Of a stretch of 64,000 nt of DNA, positions 29,252 to 42,309 are shown one piece after another. How positions within the stretch are numbered: the first letter of the stretch is position 1; every line of letters starts with the position of its first letter. This DNA is from Octopus vulgaris (lineage: Eukaryota). Position numbers and translations under genes: made by a program. The stretch lies in NCBI GenBank assembly GCA_951406725.2, contig OX597832.1:62434001-62498000 (forward strand). Reading direction: 5' to 3'. Below the pieces are notes generated by a model, which had not been told where the DNA came from, made no database searches, and saw only the letters and a program-made list of their open reading frames with translations.

Positions 29252-29498
29252 GTTATTATTATTATTTATTGTTGTTGTTGCTGCTGTTGTTATCGTTAAT
29301 GTTATGCCAATATTAATATTAGTATTAACACTATTATCATCATAATCAAAATCATCTCGTGTCCGTCTCATCTAATGCCCCTGAGGCAAATAAAATAAAT
29401 CGTCATCGTCTTTACCAACATCATCATCATCATCACCATTATCATCATCAGTAGCAGCAGAAATATTATCACTATTATTTTTATTATTATCATTATCT

Positions 29499-29552
<54 letters not shown>

Positions 29553-29638
29553 CTTGCATTATACTTATTTTCATTTCAGTATTTTCTGTATTTTTTGTTT
29601 TTTTTCTTGTTTTTTTGCAGGGGCTGGGATGAGGTGGT

Positions 29639-29703
<65 letters not shown>

Positions 29704-30003
29704 GAGGGCGATGAATGAGAAAAAGATTAATGGAAGCCAGATTTAATTGAATGTGCTGTAATATAGCTTGTGGTGATAGTTTTGGCTCTTTGTACCCCGA
29801 GTTCACTTCCTGCCGAAATCAGCTTTCCTTTTACAGTTTTACGGAATCGATAAAGTACCAATCAGGTACACGATCGATGCTATCGATAAACCACTTGATC
29901 CTAAAATTACTAGTTTTGGGTGAAAACTACAAGAAATTATTATTATTAATATCCTGATTATTATTACTATTATTATTATCATCATCATCATCATCATCAA
30001 GGA

Positions 30004-30448
30004 GGCAAGCTGGCAGCATCGATAGCACACCGGGCGAAATTCTTAGCGTTATTTCGTCTACTGCTTCATTCTGAGTTCAAATTCCACCAGGGTCGACTTT
30101 GCCTTTCATCCTTTTGGGGTCGATAAAATTAGTACCATTTGCGCACAGCGGTCGATGTAATCGATTTAATCCCTTCCCCACAATTTTGAGGCCTTGTGCT
30201 TCCAGTAGAAAGGATTATGATTATTATTACTCTTAAGTTGGTGAGCTGGTAGAATCGTTAGCAATCTGGACAAAATGCTTAGTGGTATTTCGCCCGTCGC
30301 TACGGTCTGAGTTGAAATTCCACCGAGGTCCAATTTGCCTTTCATTTTTTCGCGGTCGATAAATTAAGTACCAGTTACCCACTGGGGTCGACGTAATCAA
30401 ATACTCTCCTCTCTCCAAATTTTAGACCTTGTCCCTTTAGTAGAAAGG
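30004..30448 (+). mobile_element. Two adjacent SINE family A copies (30004-30212, 30237-30448) in (ATT/ATC)n
   Basis: Full head, core and gaaagg tail in both copies. Confidence 0.88.
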
Positions 30449-30458
30449 ATTGTTATTA

Positions 30459-30520
<62 letters not shown>

Positions 30521-31018
30521 GAGTGGGAGAGTAGTGCATGCCATGAAAGTGACAAAGGGATAAAATATACGAAGCCCAGTATACCCATCAGGACTACCTG
30601 TCTGATAAGGGTACACTAGGTACATGCATCACCACCATATGTGCCCGACATGGTAAACTCATATCACGATAAACAGCACATGGCCTTGCAGGTGTGGCCC
30701 AGTTAGAATTTTCTTCTGGTTGAGTAGCCCATCCAGGACAAAAGGTCCCTGAATAAGGATTGTTTAAGGATGTTGAATGAAACACCCATGTTTCCAAAGG
30801 TGACTTATCCAAAGCTCCAAGAATTCCTTTCAACATACAGGTATGACGCTCCCCCACTACTTCTGCTTTTGATCAGAGATGCACATATCGTCAGCCTCTA
30901 AGGGACATGCTCAATTGGTTAAGGTCAAGCAACTGACAAGCAAATCTGTGGTATTGTGACGAATATTTGCTGTAGCCCATCTTTTATACCAAGACAAAGC
31001 AATGTACATGATAACAAT
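30521..31018 (-). mobile_element. (ATT)n-associated ~550-bp repeat family copy
   Basis: Homologous to 12490-13046 and flanked by (ATT)n. Confidence 0.75.
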
Positions 31019-31061
31019 TCGAATTTATTATCATTATTATTATTATTATTAATATTATTAA

Positions 31062-31134
<73 letters not shown>

Positions 31135-31174
31135 ATTATTATTATTATTATTACTATTATTGATAATTTGAGTC

Positions 31175-31440
31175 AGGTTCGTTTTCATTCCTGGTAAAAT
31201 TATTATGGATAGTGAGCTACTACCTGTAACCTTAGGTATACACAGCCTTGCAATAGTCTTTCAATACTCTTGATAATCTTTCCTGTCCCTAAGAGGCAAA
31301 CTCTCTGTAGAAGCTCTACAGGAAATTCTATTCCAATCTCCTTCAACCATTGTTCTACTTACATTTCCCAAAGCACCAATTATTACAGGCACAACCCTTA
31401 CAGTTTTCATCCTCCAAATTCTTGCTCTTTCATATTTTAA
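31175..31440 (-). mobile_element. R4/Dong-like LINE 3' fragment, a different subfamily
   Basis: ARIWRMKTVRVVPVIIGALGNVS, then in another frame IPVELLQRVCLLGTGKIIKSI. The 3' end abuts (ATT)n. Confidence 0.72.
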
Positions 31441-31634
31441 GGGATTATGTTTTTGTTTGTTTTTCTTTCTTTCCTTCTTTCTATTTTTTCTTTTGCTTTT
31501 CATCCTCGTCCTTTATTTTCCTGAAGTCAAACGGAAATGGTGAATTTCGATGTACCTAACGTATTATCTTTACGTCAGGTCTATTATTTCCTAGTATCTT
31601 ATCCGTTTGAATAGAAAATTCCCTTAGAATCTTA

Positions 31635-31809
31635 CAGGAGTGTCTGTATGGTAAGTAGGTTGCTTACGAACAACATGGTTCCGGGTTCAGTCCCACTGGG
31701 TGGCACCTTGGGCAAGTGTCTTCGTGTCTTCTAGTATAACCTCAGGCCGACCAAAGCTTTGTGAGTGGATTTGGTAGACGGAAACTGAAAGAAGCCCGTC
31801 GTATATATG

Positions 31810-31850
<41 letters not shown>

Positions 31851-32077
31851 GTATGTTTCCGTGACTGTGTTTGTCCCCCCCAACATCGCTTGACAACCGA
31901 TGCTGGTGTGTTTACGTCCCCGTAACTCAGCGGTTCGGCAAAAGGGACCGATAAAATAAGTACTAGGCTTACAAAGAATAAGTCCTGGGGGTCGATTTGC
32001 TCGAATAAAGGCAGTGCTCCAGCATGGCCACAGTCAAATGACTGACACAAGTAAAAGGGTAAAGAGTAAGAGAGTAT
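31635..32077 (+). mobile_element. SINE family B (tRNA head, CORE-like ggcaccttgggcaagtgtctt, internal TA/TG microsatellite, gtaaaaga tail)
   Basis: B-box-like GGTTCAGTCCC. About eight copies occur in the window. Confidence 0.9.
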
Positions 32078-32089
32078 TCTCCAACTCCA

Positions 32090-32923
32090 GTCAGTTGTTA
32101 CCGCTTTCGTTTAACACAGCAACTCTGCAGGAACGTGCAACAAAAGACCAAGTGTCAACAACCAGTGACGTGAGATGAAATTTTTCACTAAGATCTCAAG
32201 ATACCATCGGTGAACTCATGGGATGCTGCGCAACACATTTTTCTATGGATGATGTACTTTCACATTTGTTCATATCTTTTCGTTCCTGTTTGTGAACTTC
32301 GTACTTATACAACCAAAATCTCAAAAACCTACAGGTACAACAGTTGCCGTCTCTTATGCCCACTGTCTTTACTTCCCACTTCAGATCAGGTTTCAACAGA
32401 ACATCAGGTTGTGTCTTTCATGGAATTCCAAGGATATTTTGCACTTTGAACTTGTCACAGATAGTCATACCGGGAACGCTAACCTTTATTCTCAACAACT
32501 TTAGTAAGTATATGGTGTTTTGAAAGCCCGCTACACAGCGCTGGTCACCCGAGAGTGTGCACACCTACAGCATAAAAAAAGTGCCAATGTGACCAAGCGC
32601 AAACTTATGTAACTTGAGGGCTGGAAGTGCTGCGTTGCCGTGCACACAGTCCAGATTACCATCTGATTACGTTTTTCGAGCCGTGGTTGATTTCTTACAT
32701 GGACAGAGGATCAACATTATGGATGAGATTGAAGATTAACACATGGATATTGTTTTGTCTCTAAGACGCAGGAGTGGCTGTGTGGTAAGTAGCTTGCTTA
32801 CTAACCACATGGTTCTGGGTTCAGTCCCACTACGTGGCACCTTAGACAAGTGTCTTCTACTATAGCCTCGGGCCGACCAAAGCCTTGTGAGTGGCAGACG
32901 GAAACTGAAAGAAGCCCGTCGTA

Positions 32924-32971
<48 letters not shown>

Positions 32972-33330
32972 CGTGCGTGTTTGCGTCTGTGTTTGCCCTT
33001 CCCAACATCGCTTCACAAACAATGCTGGTGTGTTTATGTCCACGTAACTTAGCGGTTCGGCAAAAGAGCTGACAGAACAAGTACTAGGCACACAGAGAAT
33101 AAGTCCTGGGGTCGATTTCCTCGACTAAAGGCGGTGCTCTAGCATGGCCGCAGTCAAATGACTGAAACAAGTAAAAGAGTAAAAGAGTAAACTGGCGTGG
33201 AATTGAACTTCTTGTACAAAGACGGCACGAGACGTTACAATATCCGATAGAATAAACAATTTTCATGAATAAACACATTGAACACATAATTAAATATTGA
33301 AATACAAAAAATAAAACTTTTAATTTCATT
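32090..33330 (+). pseudogene. Decayed mariner (Tc1/mariner) transposase interrupted by a SINE
   Basis: RLCLSWNSKDILHFELV...NANLYSQQL...LKARYTALVTRECAHLQH; EVL...AHSPD..PSDY.FR (YSPDLAPSD motif). After the SINE it continues GIELLVQR. Confidence 0.8.
32766..33189 (+). mobile_element. SINE family B, full length
   Basis: CGCAGGAGTGGCTGTGTGGTAAG ... gactgaaacaagtaaaagagtaaaagagta. Confidence 0.92.
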
Positions 33331-33900
33331 AATGCTCACACTTGGATGTCTGCCTAACCAGCTCAACCAACACACTAACTCAACCACCTATTTACGAACA
33401 TCGGGGCTTTATTAATTCAAAATGTCTTCTCACTTTGCTTGCGAGAGATTTGAGCTCTCTGAAGAAGAACTTAAATAAAACGCAAAGAAAAACATGCGCA
33501 TAAACATATATAGATACACATTTATATATATATATATATATATAATTGAAATCTTACCAGACAAAATCCGATATAGACACCTGACCTTTTCAATCTTTCG
33601 GGATTTTGGGTTTGTTATTTGTTGTTTTAAAATTATTTCTGATATTTGCAGAGAATTCTCCTGCATTCCTAAAATCTGCTCTGCATCTTATATTCTTGTA
33701 TAATCTGCAATTTTTTTTGTGTTGTTTAATAATTCACATGGAGAAATAAACAAAATATGTATCGTAACACATTCTTCTTCTCGATGTAGTTGCTCTCATC
33801 CTACTCGATCTTCTATTCTTCTTTTTCTTCTCCTTTTTCTTATACTAAATTTCTTCTCCTATCTCTTTCCTTCTTCTTACAGTTAGTTTTATTGCCATTA

Positions 33901-33961
<61 letters not shown>

Positions 33962-33966
33962 TCAGA

Positions 33967-34176
33967 GGCGGTGGGCTGGTAGAATCATTAGAATGCCGGA
34001 AGAAATGATTAGCAGTAATTCTCTCGCTTGCATGTTCTGAGTTCAAGTTCTGCCGAGGTCGAACGTGCATTTTATCCATTCGGGGTCGATAAATATAGTA
34101 CCAGCGAAAGTCTAGCGTCGATGTAATCGACTATCCCCTACCCCAGATTTCAGGCCTTGTGCCTATAATAGAAAGG

Positions 34177-34239
<63 letters not shown>

Positions 34240-34646
34240 TATATTAATATTAAGGCCGTGAGCTGACAGAATCGTTAGCAAGCCGGGCAAAATGCTTAGC
34301 GGCATTTCGTCCGTCCTTACGTTCTGAGTCCAAATTTCGACATTACATTTCATCTTTTCGGGGTCGATAAATTAAGTATCATTGAAACACTGGGTTGAAT
34401 GTGATCGAGAAGAACACTCCCCACCAAATTTCAGGCCATGTGCCTCTAATACAAAGAATTATTATTACCATTACTATTTTTATTAAGCCAATGAGCTGAC
34501 AGAGTCGTTAGCACGCAGGGCAAAATTCCGCTATGTCGATTTTACCTTTCATCCTTTCGGGGTGGATAAAATGAGTACCAGCTGAGCACTGGTAAAATCA
34601 ATTGTCTACCTACCACAAATTTTGAGGTCTTGTGCCAAAATTTGAA

Positions 34647-34648
<2 letters not shown>
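33967..34648 (+). mobile_element. Three SINE family A copies in (ATT)n (33967-34176, 34254-34457, 34487-34648)
   Basis: Recognisable heads and cores separated by ATT runs. Confidence 0.85.
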
Positions 34649-34699
<51 letters not shown>

Positions 34700-35032
34700 C
34701 ATTATTATTATTATTGTTATTATTAATATCACCATTATTATTATTGTTGTTTTTCTTGTTGGTGTTGTTCGCAGACTTGTTATGATTTTCTAATAATATG
34801 CCACCATAACAACACGGCAAAAATCACAAAGATTTTAATTAAAATGTTACGGAAAGCGAAAATACCCGTAGGGGTAAATGAGGAAATAAAAAACATTTTT
34901 CTCATAAATGTTAGAAACTGCTATAAAAAATGTAAGCATAATAAATATTAAAGATTACAAAATTACAATACCATCTATATATCTATCTGTTTATATATAC
35001 AAACACATATCAATATAAAAATATTTCTAAAT

Positions 35033-35470
<438 letters not shown>

Positions 35471-35819
35471 TGAGTGTGTGTGTATGTATGTGCGTACGTA
35501 TGTACATAGTGTGGTGTTCTGTGACGGTAAGATCAATAAAAAAGCACTCCATCTGCTGCATGATATTATTATTTAATATACACAATATGTGCTTCTATGT
35601 GCTCTTATTAGTTTCATGCGATGAAAGCATCTCAGGCAGTATTTTTTAACATGTCTGGTGTTTAAGCACAATCTTCAGACAATACCTAAATGGCATAAGA
35701 AGCTAAAAATAGGACAATAGGTTGTGCGGCGGGAAAAAGGGAAAAAGCAACACATAAGTAGATATAAAACGTGAAAGCTTGAAAAAGCCGGAAAACGAAA
35801 GGAAAAAGCTAAGTAAAGC

Positions 35820-35955
35820 TATAGTATAGTTCAAACTAACAGAAACAAAAAGATGAACAGAGGTGACGGAACAATAGGCAGGTGTATTAGTATGACGCTC
35901 TGGAAGAATTGAGAAGGTTCTTTACCTTTCAAACGCACGCACTTGGACAGAAATG
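35820..35955 (-). mobile_element. Degenerate copy of the CUGUNGA hammerhead family
   Basis: Minus strand reads ttt-ctgtccaagtgcgtgcgttt-gaaaggtaaaga...ttccagagcgtcatactaatac, compared with 8906-8980. Confidence 0.5.
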
Positions 35956-35980
35956 ATTGATATATATATACATATATATA

Positions 35981-36105
35981 CGCGCAGGAGTGGCTGTGTG
36001 ATAAGTAGCTTGCTTACCAAGCACAAGGTTTCGGATTCAGTCCCGCTACGTGGCACCTTGGCCCACCAAAGCCTTGTGAGTGGATTTGGTAGACGGAAAC
36101 TGTCG

Positions 36106-36186
<81 letters not shown>

Positions 36187-36280
36187 GTCTGTGTTTTCGT
36201 CCCCGTAAGCTAGCGGTTCGGCAAAAGAGACTTATAGAATAAGTACTAGGCTAACAAAGAATAAATCCTGGGGCCGATTT
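35981..36280 (+). mobile_element. SINE family B, with deletions
   Basis: Head, CORE-like segment and internal microsatellite are present. Confidence 0.85.
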
Positions 36281-36440
36281 CTGAAACAAGAAAAAGACCC
36301 GTGCTGCATGAAGTTTTGTAAGTGAACAGGTCGCGGTCTCAAAGCAACGAAAATATTTTGACAAATTAAATTTAAATGCTGAAGTGAATCTAACGGTTTT
36401 TGTGTGTTTCTTAAATGGCTTATAAACACCTTCCACGCTG

Positions 36441-36489
<49 letters not shown>

Positions 36490-37718
36490 TATGTCTGTGT
36501 GCATGGATGCATATCAGTTTCAAAATTTGAACAGGAAAACGACAAAGAAACGAACAGAAAATTCATACACAATGTATATGCGCGCGATCTTTCCTCGTTT
36601 GTTATCGACCAAAAAAGAAAAGAAAATCATTACAATTTCACGCCTTTAGTGATAATATTGTTCATTTATTGTAGCGTGAATAGCAAAAAGCTTCTCGAAA
36701 TGATGAGCGTGGGAGGAGATTGGTGACGTAAATAAACACAACTGGGGGCGGGTACGAATACAGATATACAGACGAAATGAAATATATAATATACCAAAAG
36801 AAAAAAGAAAGTCCTTACGGTTCTGAGACAAGGATAAGACAAGACTTGCGTATAAGCAAGACAATGGAAATGACGTCCCATGGGAATGGGAAAGAAAGCT
36901 TAGGGTATGAAAGGCTAGTAAGAAAATGGAAAAAGAAACGAATCCCGTTTCGAACGTAAAGGAAGAAGCGAGTGCCTAAGAGAAGCCTGACTGGACAAGT
37001 CAGCGGTCAAGCGAAAATGGTATTTGGAAAGAGATATGGGAATGGTCACGGGTCACGGGTCACATGGTAGTGGGAGGAGAAGGGAGAGAGAGAGAGAGAG
37101 ATAAAAAAATTAGTGAAGGGTAGAGAAAGATCAGAAGTGGGCAGACAGAAAGTAATGTAGTAGGAGACAGAAGGGATAGTTGAGATAAAGAAAGGGAATG
37201 AGTCAGGAATAGAGAGAAAGAGAGGAGGAGGGAGAATAGTAAAGTGAAGGGGTAGAGAAAAAAGGCAACGGAGTGAAGGAAGGAGAGAGAGAGGAAGAGA
37301 AAGGAGGAAGAACGAGACGTCGCCCCAAAGATCTCTGCTGTAGCAGTGACAATAAGAAAGGTGCGTGATATGTGTGTGTGACTATACACACACACACACA
37401 AACCCATATTTTAATGCATGAGAGACAAAGTGAGATGGCGTTCTCTCTAAGATTCCTGCTATGGAATTAAGTGCTTATTTCTTTTAATTGTCTAGCTCGT
37501 AAACATCTAGCGTATTGGTCGTTTGAGAACAGACTTTTCGTGGTAGGACGGTTTGACGTCTATTTTTAACATACAAGGGATCGACTTAGTGGTCTCTCCG
37601 CTTATTTATATTTGAATATAATTCTCGGTTCTCGGACGTTGTTTTACGTATACTTACCACTGGTTCAAATTGGTATTATTTAATAATATTAATTTTTACC
37701 CTTATTATTATTATATAT

Positions 37719-37889
37719 AGGCGAACGAGTGGCTGTGTGATAAGAAACTTGCTTCCCAACCACATGGTTACGGGTTCAGTCCCACTGCGTTGCAACTTGG
37801 ACAAATGTATTTTGCTATAACCTTGTACCGACCAAAGCCTTGTGAGTGGATTGGGTAGACGGAAACTGAAAGAAGCCCCTCGTATATAT

Positions 37890-37936
<47 letters not shown>

Positions 37937-37939
37937 CAT

Positions 37940-37978
<39 letters not shown>

Positions 37979-38187
37979 ATTGCCTGTGTTTGTTCCCTCA
38001 TCAGCGCTTGACAACCGAAGCTGCTGTGTTAACGTCCTGTAACTTAGTGGTTCTGCAAAAGTGACCGATAGAATAAGTACTAGGCTTACAAAGAATAAGT
38101 CCCAGGGCAGGTCGATTCGTTCGGCTAAAGGAGATGCCCCAACATGGCCGCAGTGAAATGACTCAAACAAGTAAAAGAATAAAAGTA
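37719..38187 (+). mobile_element. SINE family B
   Basis: As 32766-33189. Confidence 0.88.
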
Positions 38188-38189
38188 TA

Positions 38190-38365
38190 TGATTGACCGC
38201 TAAATCCACAAGTTCTTTTTATTCTCTCTCTGTTTATTTCCTCCTGTTCGTCTCTGTTGAGAGCGTAGGCTCGAAACGTAAAACACTTTCTCACCTTCCC
38301 GAGCATCAAAAGAATACGGATGTTCGTTGTATATACACCTGTCTTCGTCTTTTGTTTTTCTGTAA

Positions 38366-38371
<6 letters not shown>
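38190..38371 (+). mobile_element. Penelope-like 3' end with hammerhead-like motif at 38254-38280, ending in (TA)n
   Basis: CTGTTGA-gagc(gtag)gctc-GAAA-cg-TA. Downstream cacctgtcttcgtcttttgttt is shared with 8705-9504. Confidence 0.65.
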
Positions 38372-38440
<69 letters not shown>

Positions 38441-39304
38441 TTTTATGTATGTATGTATGTATCACTGCACCTGTACGTATAATCGCTGTTCTTTGGTGTT
38501 GAATAAGTCTCGTAGGCGACAGGTATTTCCCATCGGGTACTAGGTTCAGTAGATGTCGATCATTTCAGGCCGAACGTATGAGTAGTCTCCCCTTGCTAAT
38601 TTAGAGTTTCTAGTACTAAGAATTACGGCTAAGCCTTAAGAGTGTTTTAGCAACTAATGTTATACAGCTATACTCGATGGTAGAACTATCATGATATTTC
38701 ATTTCTAATGTAGCTGAAAACGTTGTATTGTGCATAAACTCTATAGATGAAGATCAACAGCTAATGGTATTTTTGATTAGCCAGAAAGTTCCTCGCTTTT
38801 AATTGTGACATATCAGTCCTGTTTCCGTTTTAAAGCGTACTGTCAGCTGTTACAATTAGTCTATTGTCTTGCAGAGAAAATACGACTGCCCTGTGCTCTC
38901 AGCAAGAAAATGTCATTGTACGGAATACAATAGAGAATGCTCATTATAAACACTTCAGTAACAGGGATCTCCACCGCTAATTTTCAATATACTTCTTCTC
39001 TAAGAAGGTATCCCATGTGTATTTTATACATACAACGCGAACAGTCTACTTTTGCATTTCAGATCGACCGCTATCATTAGAGAGGCATGAAAAAAAAAAA
39101 AAACGTGTATGAGGACTAGTAAATAGTAAAAACCTTCAGATTTATTCAGTAAAAAGATAGAGAAAAACCGACCCACAACAAAAGGAGTAACAACATCTGT
39201 GTAAATAAAGCAGATATCCGAAAGCCCAATAGGACTAGGACATGAAAAAGTAACAATGAAAAAAACCAACAATAATAACATAAAAAAACATGCGAAACAT
39301 GCCA

Positions 39305-39384
<80 letters not shown>

Positions 39385-39389
<5 letters not shown>

Positions 39390-39961
39390 AAATACTAAAT
39401 TTCTAAATCTCTCGAAGAAACATGTACGGTGGTGGGGCGATAGAATGGTTGTATACTGTCAATCTAACAAGAACGTGACAGTAGGGAGGGTACACCACCG
39501 CTGTATAGCCCTAGGAAGTATCGACGCCTCCTGATGGCTTTGACACATTTTTCCCTATGTCCTTATATACATTTACGAAGGGGAGACAAACACCCCCGGC
39601 CGCACCACCGTACATGTCTCTACGAGAGATTTAGAAATTTAGTATTTCTTATTTTGATAATCAGTGAATAGACTTCACTGAATTATAGATATATACAATA
39701 CGAAGTCGAGACAAATATCGCCAGCTGACCGGTGTCTGCTACTCTACGCCGATGAAGGACAATGATCCTGAAACACGTTACCCTAGATGCAGCTCCGGCA
39801 GCCGGGGGTGTTTGTCTCCCCTTCGTAAATGTATATAAGAACACAGGGAAAAATGTGTCAAAGCCATCAGGAGGCGTCGATGCTTCCTAGGGCTATACAG
39901 CGGTGGTGTACCCTCCCTACTGTCACGTTCGTGTTAGATTGACAGTATACAACGATTCTAT
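39385..39961 (+). mobile_element. ~363-nt hammerhead-like unit (39599-39961) preceded by an inverted end-to-start junction fragment, within (TA)n
   Basis: 39385-39438 is the reverse complement of 39599-39652, and 39440-39600 is the reverse complement of 39801-39961. The motif tctacg-CCGATGA-agga(caatga)tcct-GAAA-cacgttac-cctaga lies at 39743-39787. Confidence 0.75.
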
Positions 39962-39984
39962 ATATATATATATATATAAATAAG

Positions 39985-40139
39985 ATGGCGAGGTGGCAGA
40001 ATCGTTAGCACGCCAGGCGAAATGCGTAGCCGTATTTCGTCTGCTGTTACGGACTGGGGTCGATGTAATCGACTTAATCCGCTTGTATGTCCTTGTTTGT
40101 CCCCTCTATGTTTAGCCCCTGGTGGGTGATAAAGAAACA
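39985..40139 (+). mobile_element. SINE family A2 with internal deletion
   Basis: Family A head joined at gttacg to the A2 tail ttaatccg...tttagcccc...aaagaaa. Confidence 0.8.
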
Positions 40140-40466
40140 TATATATATATATATGTATATATGTGAGTGTGTGTGTGTGTGTGTGTGTGTAGAGAGAGAG
40201 AGAGGGAGAGAGAGATCTATAGATAGAAATAGATAGAGAGGTAAACAGATAGATAGATAGATAGATCTTTAAATTGTTTCAGCTTTAAACCTGTGATCAT
40301 GCTGCAGCGTATTATCACTTTCCTTTTTTTTTTCTTTCTGTTTGATTCAGTCCATGCTGGATCCAACTCTGAAGGATTTTATTTGCATAAATCGCCCCTC
40401 GTATTTATCGCTTTAAGTCTTGTAGTTATCGAATTGAATTACATACACATATTTATGCATGTATAT

Positions 40467-40511
<45 letters not shown>

Positions 40512-40512
<1 letters not shown>

Positions 40513-41095
40513 CTTTTACTCTTTTACTTGTTTCAGTCATTTGACTGCGGCCACGCTGGAGCACCGCCTTTAATCGAACAACTCGACCCCGGGACTTATT
40601 CTTTTGTAAGCTTAGTACTTATTCTATCGGTCTCTTTTGCCGAACCGCTAAGTAACGGGGACATAAACACACCGGCATCGGTTGTCAAGCAATGCGAGGG
40701 GGACAAACACAGACACACAAACACACACACAAACACACACACACACATGCATATATATATTTATATATATATAATTAGTGAATGGAAGAAATGGAGTTGA
40801 ACGAAGATTGTACAGAATTCATTTTATTACATTCTACACATGTTTCAAAGGCCACAATTTTCCAAATTCTGATTAAATGTAATAAAAGGAATTCTGTACA
40901 ATCTTCGTTCAACTCCATTTCTTCCATTCACTAATTATATTAAACTTCAATTATCCGCACTAACGCACGGTTGCAACACCATATGGTCTTATCTCCAACC
41001 GTGTTTTTTTCTGCTGTGATTTTTGCTACCCAGGTATCGGTTAAACTTTTGAATAATCTGTAACAAGAAAATTCATCTTTCCATTTCAACAAATA

Positions 41096-41187
<92 letters not shown>

Positions 41188-41337
41188 TACGATGGGCTTC
41201 TTTTCAGTTTCCGTCTACCAAATCCACTCACAAGGCTATAGTAGAAGACACTTGCCCAAGGTACCACGCAGTGGGACTGAACCCGGAACCATGTGGTTGG
41301 TAAACAAGCTACTTACCACACAGCCACTCCTGCGCCT
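40512..41337 (-). mobile_element. SINE family B split at its internal microsatellite by a ~320-bp insertion
   Basis: 3' half at 40512-40750, 5' half at ~41185-41337. Confidence 0.88.
40769..40940. repeat. 65-bp inverted repeat (1 mismatch, 42-nt loop), part of an insertion spanning 40769-41092
   Basis: 40769-40833 pairs with 40876-40940. Confidence 0.92.
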
Positions 41338-41358
41338 ATATATACATATATATGTGTG

Positions 41359-41396
<38 letters not shown>

Positions 41397-42098
41397 TGCA
41401 CACATTTAAGTATGTAAGAATATGTATGCATATGCTTACTTATTAATCACGTAACATTTCATATTTTGTTCACAACAAAATTGCCCCTATATTTAATTAA
41501 TAAACTCAATTCAATAACATTAATATTCATACACAACGTTTTTTACTAACACCCTCTCGCACAAATTTTCTTCACTTATTTTTCTTTCAGGAAAATTCCT
41601 CGCGTGAACTCGTATATATTTTATAATTAACGCCTTTACACGCAAACATGTTTAAAATATACATTACTTACATTTTAAATACATGTACACTTAATTCAAT
41701 AAAATTAATTACATTCGGGCGGAGGTTTTCTTTGTAAGCACAATTTTCTCTATTCTTGTATATAATGTTGTATTCATTGCCGTTAACCAGCGCAAACCCC
41801 ACCTCATATTGATGTTCCTTTTTAAGGGATTGTATTCAAATGAAGTTCTTTTAACAAAAAAGTTCTAACGCTGACTCTTTTCACCATATTTTTCTATGTG
41901 TCATCATGGTTCAATATTCCCCGGAAGTTCTGTTATTCATACTGTTTTTACCTTCTTTTATTTATCGCTTTGGCTGAAAACACGAGAGTAACACTTAGAG
42001 CGAGGTTTTTGAAAGCTTCTCCATTCGACGAAACAATATTAACATTGTGTTGATATGGCAGTGTGTAGCGTGAGTTTGAGTATATAAATATGATAATA

Positions 42099-42238
42099 TT
42101 AGGTTGTCCCAAAAGTTCGTAAACACTTGCGAAAATTGAATTTTTACTCGCCAAGTACTAACAAAAACAACAAAAATTATTCCTCAAAATAAAGACCATT
42201 ATTTTCCAAGACTTTCTACGAACTTTTGGGACAACTTA
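42099..42238. mobile_element. 140-bp mariner-type MITE
   Basis: TIRs ttaggttgtcccaaaagttcgta / tacgaacttttgggacaactta, flanked by TA. Confidence 0.85.
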
Positions 42239-42309
42239 TATTACACACACACAGGCAGACAGGAAGGCATATCTGTTCGTGTACCTATACACACATACAT
42301 ATTTACAGG

